A stretch of 64,000 nucleotides of DNA from Deinococcales bacterium (GCA_031414595.1 JANNVX010000033.1:5276-69275), one strand, 5' to 3'; shown: positions 40,489 to 49,498, counted from the stretch's first letter. Program-made: numbers and translations. Notes: generated by a model from the sequence alone, not told the origin.

Positions 40489-40501
40489 AGAATTGGCATT
40501 T

Positions 40502-40721
40502 AATAACTTCCCGATTTCAAATTCATAACCATACAATCAGTTACAGGGAGGACACGGGGGTCCTCCCCTACGGGTGAATTGTGTATGAGGCAGAACACCC
40601 GTAGGGACAGGCGACCATGCCCGTCAGGTGCATCTTATGGTCAAGAAACCCCTGTGTCTGTCCTGCTTAGAGATAATTGTGTATTGTTCCCAAATCGGGA
40701 ACTTTTCTCTGGACAAATCCT
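40502..40721. mobile_element. MITE/REP element copy B (inverted relative to copy A)
   Basis: Reverse complement aligns to copy A: TAGGATTTGTCC...GCAGGACAGACACAGGGG and GTAGGGGAGGACCCCCGTGTCCTCCCTGT...GGAAGTTATT; about 37 bp inserted in one REP hairpin. Confidence 0.75.
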
Positions 40722-40772
40722 AAAGGCGAAGGTTGTTTACTTTTGCCCTTTGCCTAAGCTGTTTAGCTTAGC

Positions 40773-40801
40773 TTGCACAATTGTGTTTGGCTTAGTACAC
40801 T
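40773..40801 (+). promoter_or_regulatory. Sigma70-type promoter
   Basis: TTGCAC-N17-TACACT. Confidence 0.6.
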
Positions 40802-40858
40802 TGGCGTACTCAAATCTGCCTAGCCCAATCTGGGGCAGAAAATCCAAAAGGAGCGTGA

Positions 40859-40954
40859 ATGCACATGGTCAACAATTTATTCATCCAACCCAGCGCACTC
40901 AAGGCTCGAGGTTTTCGTCTGTCCACCGATTTTGTTTTTGCCGAACCCATCTAA
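40859..40954 (+). CDS. Candidate small protein (31 aa)
   Basis: AAGGAG SD 5 nt upstream; MHMVNNLFIQPSALKARGFRLSTDFVFAEPI; lies between a promoter and a terminator. Confidence 0.45.
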   Translation: MHMVNNLFIQPSALKARGFRLSTDFVFAEPI

Positions 40955-40971
40955 GTGTTTACTTATAGATG

Positions 40972-40998
40972 ACCTCGGCTTCCACGCCGAGGTTTTTT
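40972..40998 (+). terminator. Intrinsic terminator between two small ORFs
   Basis: ACCTCGGC-TTCCAC-GCCGAGGT-TTTTT. Confidence 0.75.
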
Positions 40999-41027
40999 GT
41001 TATTCCCTAGTTTCAAAGGAGCTTGTC

Positions 41028-41168
41028 ATGACCAATAGAGAATTCGCCGCCCAAGGTTGCAATGCAGCCAAACACCGTCCCTTTGTTCTCCACCGCGCTG
41101 CGCTCCGCGTCTCTGAGCCAATCCGACACCATGACAAAGACTTTAAGAACAATCACAACTGCCCCTAA
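41028..41168 (+). CDS. Candidate small protein (46 aa)
   Basis: AAGGAG SD 6 nt upstream; MTNREFAAQGCNAAKHRPFV...NHNCP. Confidence 0.45.
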   Translation: MTNREFAAQGCNAAKHRPFVLHRAALRVSEPIRHHDKDFKNNHNCP

Positions 41169-41247
41169 ACCCGAAACCCGCGCTGTTCTCGAGGCTGTGC
41201 GTTGCGAGAGCAAAAACGCTTGGAGTTTAACCAAAACCAAGCCAGAG

Positions 41248-41286
41248 AAAAAAAGTGGCGCATCGCTTTGATGCACCACTTTTTTT
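41248..41286. terminator. Bidirectional terminator
   Basis: A7-GTGGCGCATC...GATGCACCAC-T7. Confidence 0.8.
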
Positions 41287-41294
41287 GTTGGACT

Positions 41295-42485
41295 TTAATG
41301 CCCAAGGGTGGCTTTGCGAATACTCCGCAGGTCAGAAGCAGATTTTGCCCAACTGGTCAGGAGTTCCGAAACGCCCCAACCGATTAAGGGCAGCAGCAAT
41401 CCCCCAAAAAACGAAACAATAATTAACGCCCATTGACTTAAATTAGGCGAAAACTCGCTTTCGATTAAAAGCGAAGCAGGTAAGACTGAGCCGACAAATA
41501 AGTAAATCACCGAAAGTATTCTGAGCCAACGGGCGATGCTTTCAATGCCAGCCGTGGGATCACCCAAACGCATGGTTTGCCCTTTGCCACTCTTTTGCGG
41601 TTTGGAGTCTAGGGCGGTGCTGGCATCCATAATCTCGCCGCTCCATTCTCCACTGGCACTCGAGGGTACCATCACGGCGGTGGGGCTATTATCGGGTTTT
41701 AGGTTAATCGGGGCGGCATTGGGGTTGCCCCAATCATCGCCACTATTTGAACGATTCCCAGAATTTTTGGCAAGGTCGGCAAATGGGTCTATCGGCGGCT
41801 TGGCTGTAACTGGCGCTGGGTTTGGAAAAACTGGGCTGGGCGGGGGAATCATGGCGGAGGCATTCAAAAACCCGGGGGTACTGCCCGATTTGGCTGGGTT
41901 CAGTTCAGATTCTAAATCTGCCCATGAGTCTTTTTCTGGTTTTTGGGTAATCGCATCAGGTCCAACTTCAAAGGTTTGCTTTTCGGGCATCCAAGTGTTT
42001 GGCGGCGAGGCTGGTGTGGCATCCCAAGAATTGGCTGGAGGCGGGGTGCTGTCCCAAGTTGAGGTGGGTGGTGTATCCCAAGCACTGGCTGGGCTGCTGA
42101 CTGGAGCAGCTTGCCAAGGGGCAGCAACTGGGATTGGTTCTGGACTCAGGGCTTTAGGGGCTGGGAAGTCTGTGCCTGTGGCACTGGCTTTGGCTCGAGC
42201 AATTGCCCCTTTGACATTCTCAAAAAAGAACTTTAATTCGGCTAAATCAAAGCCTTTGATGCTGCCTTCAATCAGGCTCTCCGTTGGGGATTTAACGGTT
42301 AGCTCACCTGTTTTGGCGGTTTTAACATTGACGATTTCCCGAAGTCGTCCGCGTTGTAAACGCGAATCTTCGTAATACATCAGTTCACGGGCGGTGATAA
42401 TCAGGGCTTTACCACCCTGACCATCAAGCCGTGTTTCGATGTCCTCGAGTTGAATTCCGGCTTCACGTAAGACTTGATCAATCAT
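41295..42485 (-). CDS. Hypothetical protein: N-terminal globular domain, Pro/Trp-rich linker, two C-terminal TM helices
   Basis: 396-aa ORF with GGAG SD, repeated (S/T)WD(T/S/A)PP-like motifs, hydrophobic C-terminus. Confidence 0.75.
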   Translation of the reverse strand: MIDQVLREAGIQLEDIETRLDGQGGKALIITARELMYYEDSRLQRGRLREIVNVKTAKTGELTVKSPTESLIEGSIKGFDLAELKFFFENVKGAIARAKASATGTDFPAPKALSPEPIPVAAPWQAAPVSSPASAWDTPPTSTWDSTPPPANSWDATPASPPNTWMPEKQTFEVGPDAITQKPEKDSWADLESELNPAKSGSTPGFLNASAMIPPPSPVFPNPAPVTAKPPIDPFADLAKNSGNRSNSGDDWGNPNAAPINLKPDNSPTAVMVPSSASGEWSGEIMDASTALDSKPQKSGKGQTMRLGDPTAGIESIARWLRILSVIYLFVGSVLPASLLIESEFSPNLSQWALIIVSFFGGLLLPLIGWGVSELLTSWAKSASDLRSIRKATLGH

Positions 42486-42561
42486 GATGGACTCCCCATA
42501 CGATTCTTAGGTTTACTAACATAAGCACAGTATAGCCCCAAAACATGGGTTACAATCCAGT

Positions 42562-43257
42562 GTGACTCTTTTACTGGCTCATCGGGGTGCAAATCGGGTG
42601 CATTTGGAGAATACCATGCCCGCATTTGAGGCAGCATTACAAGCTGGACTGCATGGCATTGAACTGGATGTGCAACGCACTAAAGATGGCGTTTTGGTTG
42701 TGCATCACGGCTTTCATTTACCAGATGGTCGTTTGATTGCATCCCTTGACTTTGCTCAGTTGTGCCTACCAGAGCCGTACACCATTCCAAAACTCGAGGA
42801 AGTGCTGACGTGGGCAAAACAAACTGGCGCATATCTCAATATCGAAATTAAACTCGAGACTTTTGCCACCGACGGACGTGAAAAAGAAGTGGCTGCCTTG
42901 GTCGAACGAAGTGGGATTGGCAATCAAATCATCATCTCGAGTTTTAACCCTGTTTCTTTATGGCGAATTAAACGCCTTGCTCCAGCCCTCGAGACCGCCC
43001 TGCTTTTTTACAACACCAAAAAGAATTGGTTACTTGACCACGGTTACTTAGCTCCTTTTTTGGGAATCAGCGCCTTGCATCCGCACCACAGTCAAGTCAG
43101 CTTAGACATGGTGTTAATGGCACACCGCATGGGTTGGAAAGTCAATGTTTGGACAGTCAACGAACCCGAAATCGTGGCTAAATTGCTCACCTTGGGTGTA
43201 GACGGAATCATTGGCGATGTTCCAAATGTTCTGCTCGAGCGCCATGACACGCGGTAG
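42562..43257 (+). CDS. Glycerophosphodiester phosphodiesterase
   Basis: AHRGA, ENT, IELDVQRTKDG, NIEIK, WTVN, GVDGII. Confidence 0.93.
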   Translation: MTLLLAHRGANRVHLENTMPAFEAALQAGLHGIELDVQRTKDGVLVVHHGFHLPDGRLIASLDFAQLCLPEPYTIPKLEEVLTWAKQTGAYLNIEIKLETFATDGREKEVAALVERSGIGNQIIISSFNPVSLWRIKRLAPALETALLFYNTKKNWLLDHGYLAPFLGISALHPHHSQVSLDMVLMAHRMGWKVNVWTVNEPEIVAKLLTLGVDGIIGDVPNVLLERHDTR

Positions 43258-44299
43258 GCACAAAATTTATTTAGGCATGGCGGCTGGTGTCGGTAAAACC
43301 ATGCGGGCATTAAACGAAATCCGTGATTTACGCGCCGATGGACTAGACGCAATTATTGGTTTCCTCGAGACCCATAAACGCAAAGATACCGTAGCCGCCG
43401 CCCAAGACCTACCGCTTTTTCCTCGGCTCGAGATTTTATATAAAGGTACGACCCAGACCGAACTCGATGTGGCGGGGATTCTCGAGCGCCGCCCCGAATG
43501 GGTGATGGTGGACGAATTAGCGCACAGCAATGTCCCCAATTCCAAGCACCCAAAACGCTACTTGGATGTTGAAGAGATTTTAGAAGCCGGAATCAACGTT
43601 ATCAGTACCCTCAATATCCAACATTTAGAAAGCCTGAACGATGAAGTCGCCCGTCTGACATCGGTGCGGGTGCGTGAGCGCGTGCCAGACCAAGTGGTGC
43701 TTGAAGCCGACGAAGTGGTGATTGTTGATATTTCGCCCGAGGCACTGCGTGACCGCCTTGGGGCTGGAAAAATCTATGCTAAAGAAAAAATTGACCAAGC
43801 CCTCAACAGCTTTTTTACAACCGAAAATCTGGCGGTGCTGCGTGAATTGGCACTGCGACGAACTGCCGATGTGGTCGAAGAAGAACCAATGAACCCAGCC
43901 GAAATTTTAGGGCGTGGGGTCAAAGAACGGATTGTCGTGGCGGTTCGCGCTGAACAACACGATGCTCGTTTGATACGCCGTGGGGCGCGAGTGGTGCAGC
44001 GCTTGAAGGGCGATTTACTGGTGGTGCATATCAAAAATCGTGCTTATAAACAAGTCGAATTTGATGTCCTGAACGAACTCGAGAATCTGGCTAGGGAATT
44101 TAGGGCAACTTGGACAGTTTTAGATGGCACAGACACCGCCTCGAGTCTGGTGGCGTACTTAAAAGCCGAACACGCCACCCAAATTATTATTGGTGAATCG
44201 CACCGCCCAAGGTTTAAGGAAATTATCTCTGGGTCGGTGGTCTTAGAAATTTTGCGCCGCAGCACAGGCATAGATGTGTACATTATTGCCGATGATTGA
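43244..44299 (+). CDS. kdpD: Stand-alone KdpD N-terminal sensor + Usp domain (no TM, no kinase)
   Basis: KIYLGMAAGVGKT, VDELAHSN, STLNIQHLESLND, LRELALR, Usp domain; ends without TM or HisKA. Confidence 0.9.
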   Translation: MTRGRHKIYLGMAAGVGKTMRALNEIRDLRADGLDAIIGFLETHKRKDTVAAAQDLPLFPRLEILYKGTTQTELDVAGILERRPEWVMVDELAHSNVPNSKHPKRYLDVEEILEAGINVISTLNIQHLESLNDEVARLTSVRVRERVPDQVVLEADEVVIVDISPEALRDRLGAGKIYAKEKIDQALNSFFTTENLAVLRELALRRTADVVEEEPMNPAEILGRGVKERIVVAVRAEQHDARLIRRGARVVQRLKGDLLVVHIKNRAYKQVEFDVLNELENLAREFRATWTVLDGTDTASSLVAYLKAEHATQIIIGESHRPRFKEIISGSVVLEILRRSTGIDVYIIADD

Positions 44300-44306
44300 A
44301 CCACCT

Positions 44307-44373
44307 AGAGTCACTTGACCGACCCGCATCACTCGAGTGACCGATGGTGCATATTGAACCAAAAAAATAGACT
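44307..44373 (+). promoter_or_regulatory. Putative response-regulator-dependent promoter (site 1)
   Basis: GTCA-CT-TGACCGA-N15-TGACCGA, then -10 TAGACT 30 nt after the start of the second heptamer. Confidence 0.65.
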
Positions 44374-44379
44374 CTTGGC

Positions 44380-44553
44380 ATGAATCTTGTGCTGCTAACT
44401 TGTGCAACGGTGACCGGTTTTTTCGCCATGTTTGGTTTTATGGCAGGAATTCGTCGGGAAGAATATGAAAAACCAAATCTGACCCAATGGTACATCAGTG
44501 GCTTGGTTGGATTATGGGTTGCTGCAATGGTACTTTCTTTATTCCGAACTTAA
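44380..44553 (+). CDS. Unannotated 57-aa two-TM membrane protein
   Basis: MNLVLLTCATVTGFFAMFGFMAGIRREEYEKPNLTQWYISGLVGLWVAAMVLSLFRT; leaderless TAGACT-N6-ATG. Confidence 0.65.
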   Translation: MNLVLLTCATVTGFFAMFGFMAGIRREEYEKPNLTQWYISGLVGLWVAAMVLSLFRT

Positions 44554-45176
44554 ATCATGCCGCGCCGTAGGGCTTTAACCGCCGCTTGGGTACGGTCAGA
44601 AACACTCAAGCGCAGCAAAATCTCTTCAACATGGGTTTTAACCGTACTTAAACTAATCTCGAGCCGCAAGGCAATATCTTTATTGCCTAGCCCATCGGCA
44701 ATTAAGCGCAGCACCTCGAGTTCTCGGGGCGATAGAACCGCACCGTCTTGGTTGATTGGTGTAATACGGTTTAAGACCACATGGGCAATTTGTGGGTCGA
44801 GGTACGCGCCACCCATTGCCACGGCTTGCACCGCTAAGCGTAAACTCGAGGGGTCGGTGCTTTTTAAGCAGTACGCATTAGCACCACTTGCCAAGGCTGC
44901 CAATACTTCCTGCTCGAGTTGATGGACGGTCAGCATCACGACTTTAAGGTTTGGATACAGGGTTTTTAAGCGTTTGGTGGCTTCGATGCCATCTATGCCC
45001 GGTAAGCCAATATCCATGACCACCACATCGGCTAAAAAGTTCGGGTACTGCTCTAAGGCTTCTTCGCCGCTTCGGGCTTCGCCAACCACTTGTAAATTAG
45101 GATCGCGTTGCAATGCCACCCGCAAGCCATCTCGAGTAAAAGCGTGGTCTTCAACTAAAAACACACTGTAGGTCAT
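44550..45176 (-). CDS. NarL/LuxR-family response regulator
   Basis: LVEDH, VMDIGLPGIDG, LSPRELEVL...TVKTHV...DRTQA. Confidence 0.95.
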   Translation of the reverse strand: MTYSVFLVEDHAFTRDGLRVALQRDPNLQVVGEARSGEEALEQYPNFLADVVVMDIGLPGIDGIEATKRLKTLYPNLKVVMLTVHQLEQEVLAALASGANAYCLKSTDPSSLRLAVQAVAMGGAYLDPQIAHVVLNRITPINQDGAVLSPRELEVLRLIADGLGNKDIALRLEISLSTVKTHVEEILLRLSVSDRTQAAVKALRRGMI

Positions 45177-46642
45177 GCTGCACCCGCCTTGGGTAACTCG
45201 AGCCAGAAAACACTGCCGCCGCCAACCCGAGGATGATAGCCAATCCGTCCGCCGTGGCTTTCGGAAATGCGCTTGGACAAATATAAGCCCAAGCCTGTAC
45301 CGCCACCAGCTTTGCCGCTCGAGAAACGCCCGAATAAACGCGGTTCGAGTTCGACTGGCACACCCTGCCCTCGGTCTGAAACTTCTAGCCGTACTGCATT
45401 TTCGCTTACCCCGAGTTTAATTTCAATTTGGCTACTGGCAGGGCTGTACTTAGCAGCATTCTCGAGTAAATTCTGAATGATTCGTCGTAAATCGGCTGGA
45501 TTACCAAGCACTGTTGTTTCACCGCTTATTTGCCAAATAAAATGGCTTTGTGGCAACCTTGCAGCACTTGACCGCGCTGCATTCTCGAGATTGACCGCTT
45601 GGGGTGTACTCTGAATTTGTTCTGACTCGAGTTTAGCCAACACCAACAACGAATCAGCAAGGGTCAGTAAATCCTCATTGGCTTCGATACCATTGTGGAG
45701 TGTCCGCAAATAGGCTTCGGGCAGTTCACCAAATGCCCCCTCGAGTGCCAAGCGCATATTCATCCCGTTAGCAACCAAAGGCGTGCGGAGGTCGTGGCTA
45801 AAAGCATAGACCAAATCTCTGATAACTTCGGCACGGCGCTCGAGTTCAGTGCGGTTGCGCTGCAAACGCTGGCTCAGTTCGGCACGTTCCAAAGCATCAC
45901 GCAGGGTCGGCAATAAAGACTGCAACGACTCGGTATGATTCTGCGGCTCGAGCAGTGCCAACAGCATTGGCGCATGACCCGCCCATTCAAAACCAGCAAT
46001 TAAGGCATGATTGGCATTTAAGCCAAATTCACTCGGGGTCTGAGCCAGAATTGTTTGCGTTGGCGGCGCACCAAGCAAGCGCGAAGGAATCGGGCTACCA
46101 ATGCTCCACGCGCTTTGGGTAGCTGGAAAAGCTGTTCTCGGTGCAGAAAACTGACTCATCCCAGCACTGGACAGCAGCACCCCTCGAGCTTCAAAAGACG
46201 CTGCCAAAACCTCGGCAGCTTTATGCAGGGCAGCCTCGAGCGAAGGTTCTTGACCAATTGCCGCAATTCGTTCACGGTCACGCTCCCGACGCAAACGCGC
46301 CTCCTCGAGCCGAGCCTTTTCGAGCCGACTCGAGAATTGGGTTAATTGCACCGTCATAAAACCAACCAAAATAAACGAAGCCGCCAGTAAAACACGGTTC
46401 AGCACACTAATCGAATCTACACCACCTTCTGACGAGGCGTTCAGCAGCCCAGCCACGACGTTCATGGCTACTGCCACGACCACCAAAGCAAAGGTAAAAC
46501 GGCGTTTAAGCACCAAACCAGACAAGGCAATTGGGATATTCAGTAAAATTGCGGCAACCAAGCGTTGCGGCGTTAATAAATCCAAGGTAACAATAGCCAC
46601 GAACAACAGCACCGAAGTCAAAACCAGCATGGGGACTTTCAT
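45173..46642 (-). CDS. Membrane sensor histidine kinase
   Basis: N-terminal TMs, SHDLRTPL, NLLENAAKY, DRGQG, GTGLGL. Confidence 0.95.
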   Translation of the reverse strand: MKVPMLVLTSVLLFVAIVTLDLLTPQRLVAAILLNIPIALSGLVLKRRFTFALVVVAVAMNVVAGLLNASSEGGVDSISVLNRVLLAASFILVGFMTVQLTQFSSRLEKARLEEARLRRERDRERIAAIGQEPSLEAALHKAAEVLAASFEARGVLLSSAGMSQFSAPRTAFPATQSAWSIGSPIPSRLLGAPPTQTILAQTPSEFGLNANHALIAGFEWAGHAPMLLALLEPQNHTESLQSLLPTLRDALERAELSQRLQRNRTELERRAEVIRDLVYAFSHDLRTPLVANGMNMRLALEGAFGELPEAYLRTLHNGIEANEDLLTLADSLLVLAKLESEQIQSTPQAVNLENAARSSAARLPQSHFIWQISGETTVLGNPADLRRIIQNLLENAAKYSPASSQIEIKLGVSENAVRLEVSDRGQGVPVELEPRLFGRFSSGKAGGGTGLGLYLSKRISESHGGRIGYHPRVGGGSVFWLELPKAGAA

Positions 46643-46678
46643 CGGGGCTAATTCTAACGGTTAGAAGTGAAAACGGGG

Positions 46679-46694
46679 TCAGTCAGATGACCGA
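46679..46694. promoter_or_regulatory. Putative response-regulator site upstream of the HK-RR operon (site 2)
   Basis: TCAGTCA-GA-TGACCGA 7-2-7 inverted repeat; the minus-strand heptamer starts 29 nt upstream of -10 TAGAAT. Confidence 0.6.
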
Positions 46695-46762
46695 TAGCAG
46701 AATAGTTTTCTCGAGCATAATTTTATCTTTGCAAAAACCAGTTTTTATGGCACAATACGAAC

Positions 46763-47023
46763 ATGAGCCTCGTAGAAATGAAAACTGCTGCACTGCAATT
46801 ACCATTTGCCGAACGAGGTGAATTGGCAAAAGCACTGCTTTTAAGTATGGAGCAACCCTCAGAAGCCGAACTCGAGCGAGCCTTAGAAGCCGCTCAGTAC
46901 GCCCATTTGGACGAAGCGACCCGAAATGCAATTCTTAGTGCGCCGATAACCACTTGGGAAGAGATGATGCAAGATACCGACCCTGACGCACCAGAATTTG
47001 ACATTCCAGAGGATAAGCAATGA
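46763..47023 (+). CDS. Putative antitoxin (addiction-module component-like)
   Basis: ALQLPFAERGELAKALLLS motif; acidic tail; ATGA overlap with the PIN gene. Confidence 0.7.
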   Translation: MSLVEMKTAALQLPFAERGELAKALLLSMEQPSEAELERALEAAQYAHLDEATRNAILSAPITTWEEMMQDTDPDAPEFDIPEDKQ

Positions 47024-47418
47024 CTCCACAAGCTGTTTTAGTGGATACCAATGTGATGAGTTACCTGTTCCGAAAAACACCAAAAGCCGAACCGTTCCGC
47101 CTTTTACTTGAGGGTAGACGAAAAATTATTTCTTTTCAAACTCGAGCCGAATTGATGCTTTGGTCAGCGTACTGGTCAAAGTCCAATCAAGCTAAGTTAG
47201 AACGCTTTCTTGTCAATCAATTTGGTTATTTACCGCACACTGAAGCTGTAAACGTAGCATGGGTAGCAGCAATGAAGAGCGCTAAAAAGAATGGCTACCC
47301 AATTTCTGCGGCGGATGCTTGGATAGCTGCGACTGCTTTAAGCTCTGGGTTATTGCTACTGACGGCTGATAAAAACGATTTTCTGGGCGTGGAAGGTTTG
47401 AAACTGTTAAGCGTGTAA
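47020..47418 (+). CDS. PIN-domain (VapC-like) toxin
   Basis: VLVDTNVMS, AEL, DAWIAATA, LLTADKNDF. Confidence 0.9.
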   Translation: MTPQAVLVDTNVMSYLFRKTPKAEPFRLLLEGRRKIISFQTRAELMLWSAYWSKSNQAKLERFLVNQFGYLPHTEAVNVAWVAAMKSAKKNGYPISAADAWIAATALSSGLLLLTADKNDFLGVEGLKLLSV

Positions 47419-47486
47419 TTTGGTTTTCCGTACTCTAGCGGGAAGTAAGATAAAGTTTTAGATTTTTTTATAAAAAGGAGGGTTTT

Positions 47487-48779
47487 TTGTCTAAAAGCAA
47501 AAATTCTGATATGGTCGAAAATAGAATACAAAACACGGCTTTATCACAACTCAATTGGCAGAACAAACTATCAGGAAAACCCGAATTGGGTATAATCGAA
47601 TACCCACTCTTTTGTGATGCTCAAATTACAGGAGATTTTGTCAGTGGATTAGAACCATATAGCTTCCTAAATACTGTACCTATTACTGACGGAACTAATG
47701 CAGTGGTTGCTCCTTTTGTTTTACGAATTGCAGTCTACTTAGAAGAACACAAACCAAATTTTAGTAAAACTGATGAATCCCTTTACCACGGTGGAACTTT
47801 AGTTGATGAAATAGCTGCTCTAACTTCTGTTGCACTTGGGGTTCGCATTCGTGCTGGTGGGGAGACACGGCGGTTTGAGCTAGGAAAAGACCCATATGGT
47901 CGACCTAGTGCGTGGCATGATATTCCAAGACCTACTGTGCAGATTAAAAGAAATCGACCAATACTACCTTCGGTTTTGGGAGAACATTCAATGAGTAAAT
48001 TAGAAGTATTGAATTTAGTACCTAAAATTGACACAAAGCGATACATTAGTTTGATTCGTGCTTGCAGATTATACCAAGATGCACTTTGGATTGTTGAATC
48101 TGATCCAAATCTTGCATGGCTTATGCTCGTTTCGGCTCTTGAAACCGCAGCCAACGACTTTATGGCATCAGACAATGACTTAACTGAACAATTAAAACTT
48201 TCATTACCTAGACTTGCCTCACTTCTCGAGAAGTTTGGTGGTAATAGTCTTGTTGAAGCAGTAGCAGACGAGATTGCTCATACCTTAAAAGCAACTAAAA
48301 AATTCATTGATTTTACCATGCACTTTCTTCCTAATGAACCAACGGAACGACCTGAAACTGATTGGCTTCGGCTTGATTGGTCAAAGTTGAAGAAAATCTT
48401 GAGCGTGGTTTATGAGTATCGCTCACGTGCTTTACACACTGGACTACCATTTCCTGCTCCAATGCTCCATTCACCGTTTTATTTGCACCCCTCGAAAATA
48501 CCATCAGAAGTACCCCTGATGGGACTAGCAGCACATTCATTGGGAGGTACTTGGATGCCAAAAGATGTACCAATAAACCTGCATTTTTTTCACTATATTA
48601 CACGCGGTGTACTGCTTAGGTGGTGGCAAGAAGAGCTTGCCACCACTGAAAGTATTCAACAAACAACCAATCCTCGACTCGAGTACCCTGTCATGACCAG
48701 CTTAGGAATTGCTGAAAGTGATTGTGACGCTGCAACCAACGAATGGGTTAGCACCAGTAAAATTAGAGTTCTGCCGTAA
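47487..48779 (+). CDS. HEPN-domain protein (ApeA-like), putative defence RNase
   Basis: AWLMLVSALE helix plus YEYRSRALHTG (R-x4-H); AT-richer than neighbours; AAGGAGG SD before TTG. Confidence 0.65.
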   Translation: MSKSKNSDMVENRIQNTALSQLNWQNKLSGKPELGIIEYPLFCDAQITGDFVSGLEPYSFLNTVPITDGTNAVVAPFVLRIAVYLEEHKPNFSKTDESLYHGGTLVDEIAALTSVALGVRIRAGGETRRFELGKDPYGRPSAWHDIPRPTVQIKRNRPILPSVLGEHSMSKLEVLNLVPKIDTKRYISLIRACRLYQDALWIVESDPNLAWLMLVSALETAANDFMASDNDLTEQLKLSLPRLASLLEKFGGNSLVEAVADEIAHTLKATKKFIDFTMHFLPNEPTERPETDWLRLDWSKLKKILSVVYEYRSRALHTGLPFPAPMLHSPFYLHPSKIPSEVPLMGLAAHSLGGTWMPKDVPINLHFFHYITRGVLLRWWQEELATTESIQQTTNPRLEYPVMTSLGIAESDCDAATNEWVSTSKIRVLP

Positions 48780-48819
48780 TTTTTCTGCTCGAGCAATCTG
48801 CTTTGGCTTAAATTCGTTT

Positions 48820-49239
48820 TTATTTTCTTAAATCAAGCTGAGTCGCGCTTGAACCAAACTGTAATCCTTGTACCCTCGAGAAGTGCGTGTCAAAAGTAAA
48901 AAGTGGGTTCTGATACTGGATTGCCATGGCTGCAATCCAAAGGTCGTTGGTTGGTACTATTTGCCCTGCTTGCCCTAGTGCTGCATTGATGCTCGAGTAA
49001 GTAAAAGCGGTTTCTTGGTCTGGGAAAATCAGTTCTACTCGAGGTAAAGCTAAGAATTCCTCGAGCTTAACTAGGTTTTGAGTGTACCGATTACCGCCCC
49101 GAAAGCCACTGAGTAATTCTGCCATGACGATGATTGGCATGGCGATTCTTGGTGATAAACGCAGCACTTCGATACAATCGGGTTGACCTCGAAACAAGTT
49201 GCTGTACGCATTGGTGTCAAAGATTACTCGTGTGTTCAT
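48820..49239 (-). CDS. PIN-domain VapC toxin
   Basis: IFDTNAYS, MAEL, NDLWIAA, TFDTHF. Confidence 0.92.
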   Translation of the reverse strand: MNTRVIFDTNAYSNLFRGQPDCIEVLRLSPRIAMPIIVMAELLSGFRGGNRYTQNLVKLEEFLALPRVELIFPDQETAFTYSSINAALGQAGQIVPTNDLWIAAMAIQYQNPLFTFDTHFSRVQGLQFGSSATQLDLRK

Positions 49240-49466
49240 CGTTCATGAACCGTATCTAATTGTTCAAATTGTTTGGTGTGTAGTAGAAAATCTTGGTATT
49301 CGGTTTCGTTCCAAATTCCAATTAGGAAATCAGCATCATGGTGCAAAATTGGTACAAATGAATTTTGTAATGTTTCAAGGGCTATTTCCTCGGGTTTCAG
49401 ACCACGTTTTGTCGCTTCCTCGAGTAACCGAGCTTCTAATTCTGGATTCTCAAGGGTTAATGTCAT
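49236..49466 (-). CDS. Putative VapB-type antitoxin
   Basis: 76 aa, RHH-like N-terminus, acidic tail, ATGA overlap with VapC. Confidence 0.75.
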   Translation of the reverse strand: MTLTLENPELEARLLEEATKRGLKPEEIALETLQNSFVPILHHDADFLIGIWNETEYQDFLLHTKQFEQLDTVHER

Positions 49467-49498
49467 AGGTCAATTGTACAAGATTTTCTTGGCTTAAT

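Noticed and set aside
38372-40721. Autonomous composite transposon
   Set aside because: No transposase, no evident target duplication, and the cargo genes have host-like composition including CTCGAG density
41536-42375. Long antisense ORFs (also 12720-13385, 51684-52433 and others)
   Set aside because: Shadows of real genes on the opposite strand, with no recognisable motifs
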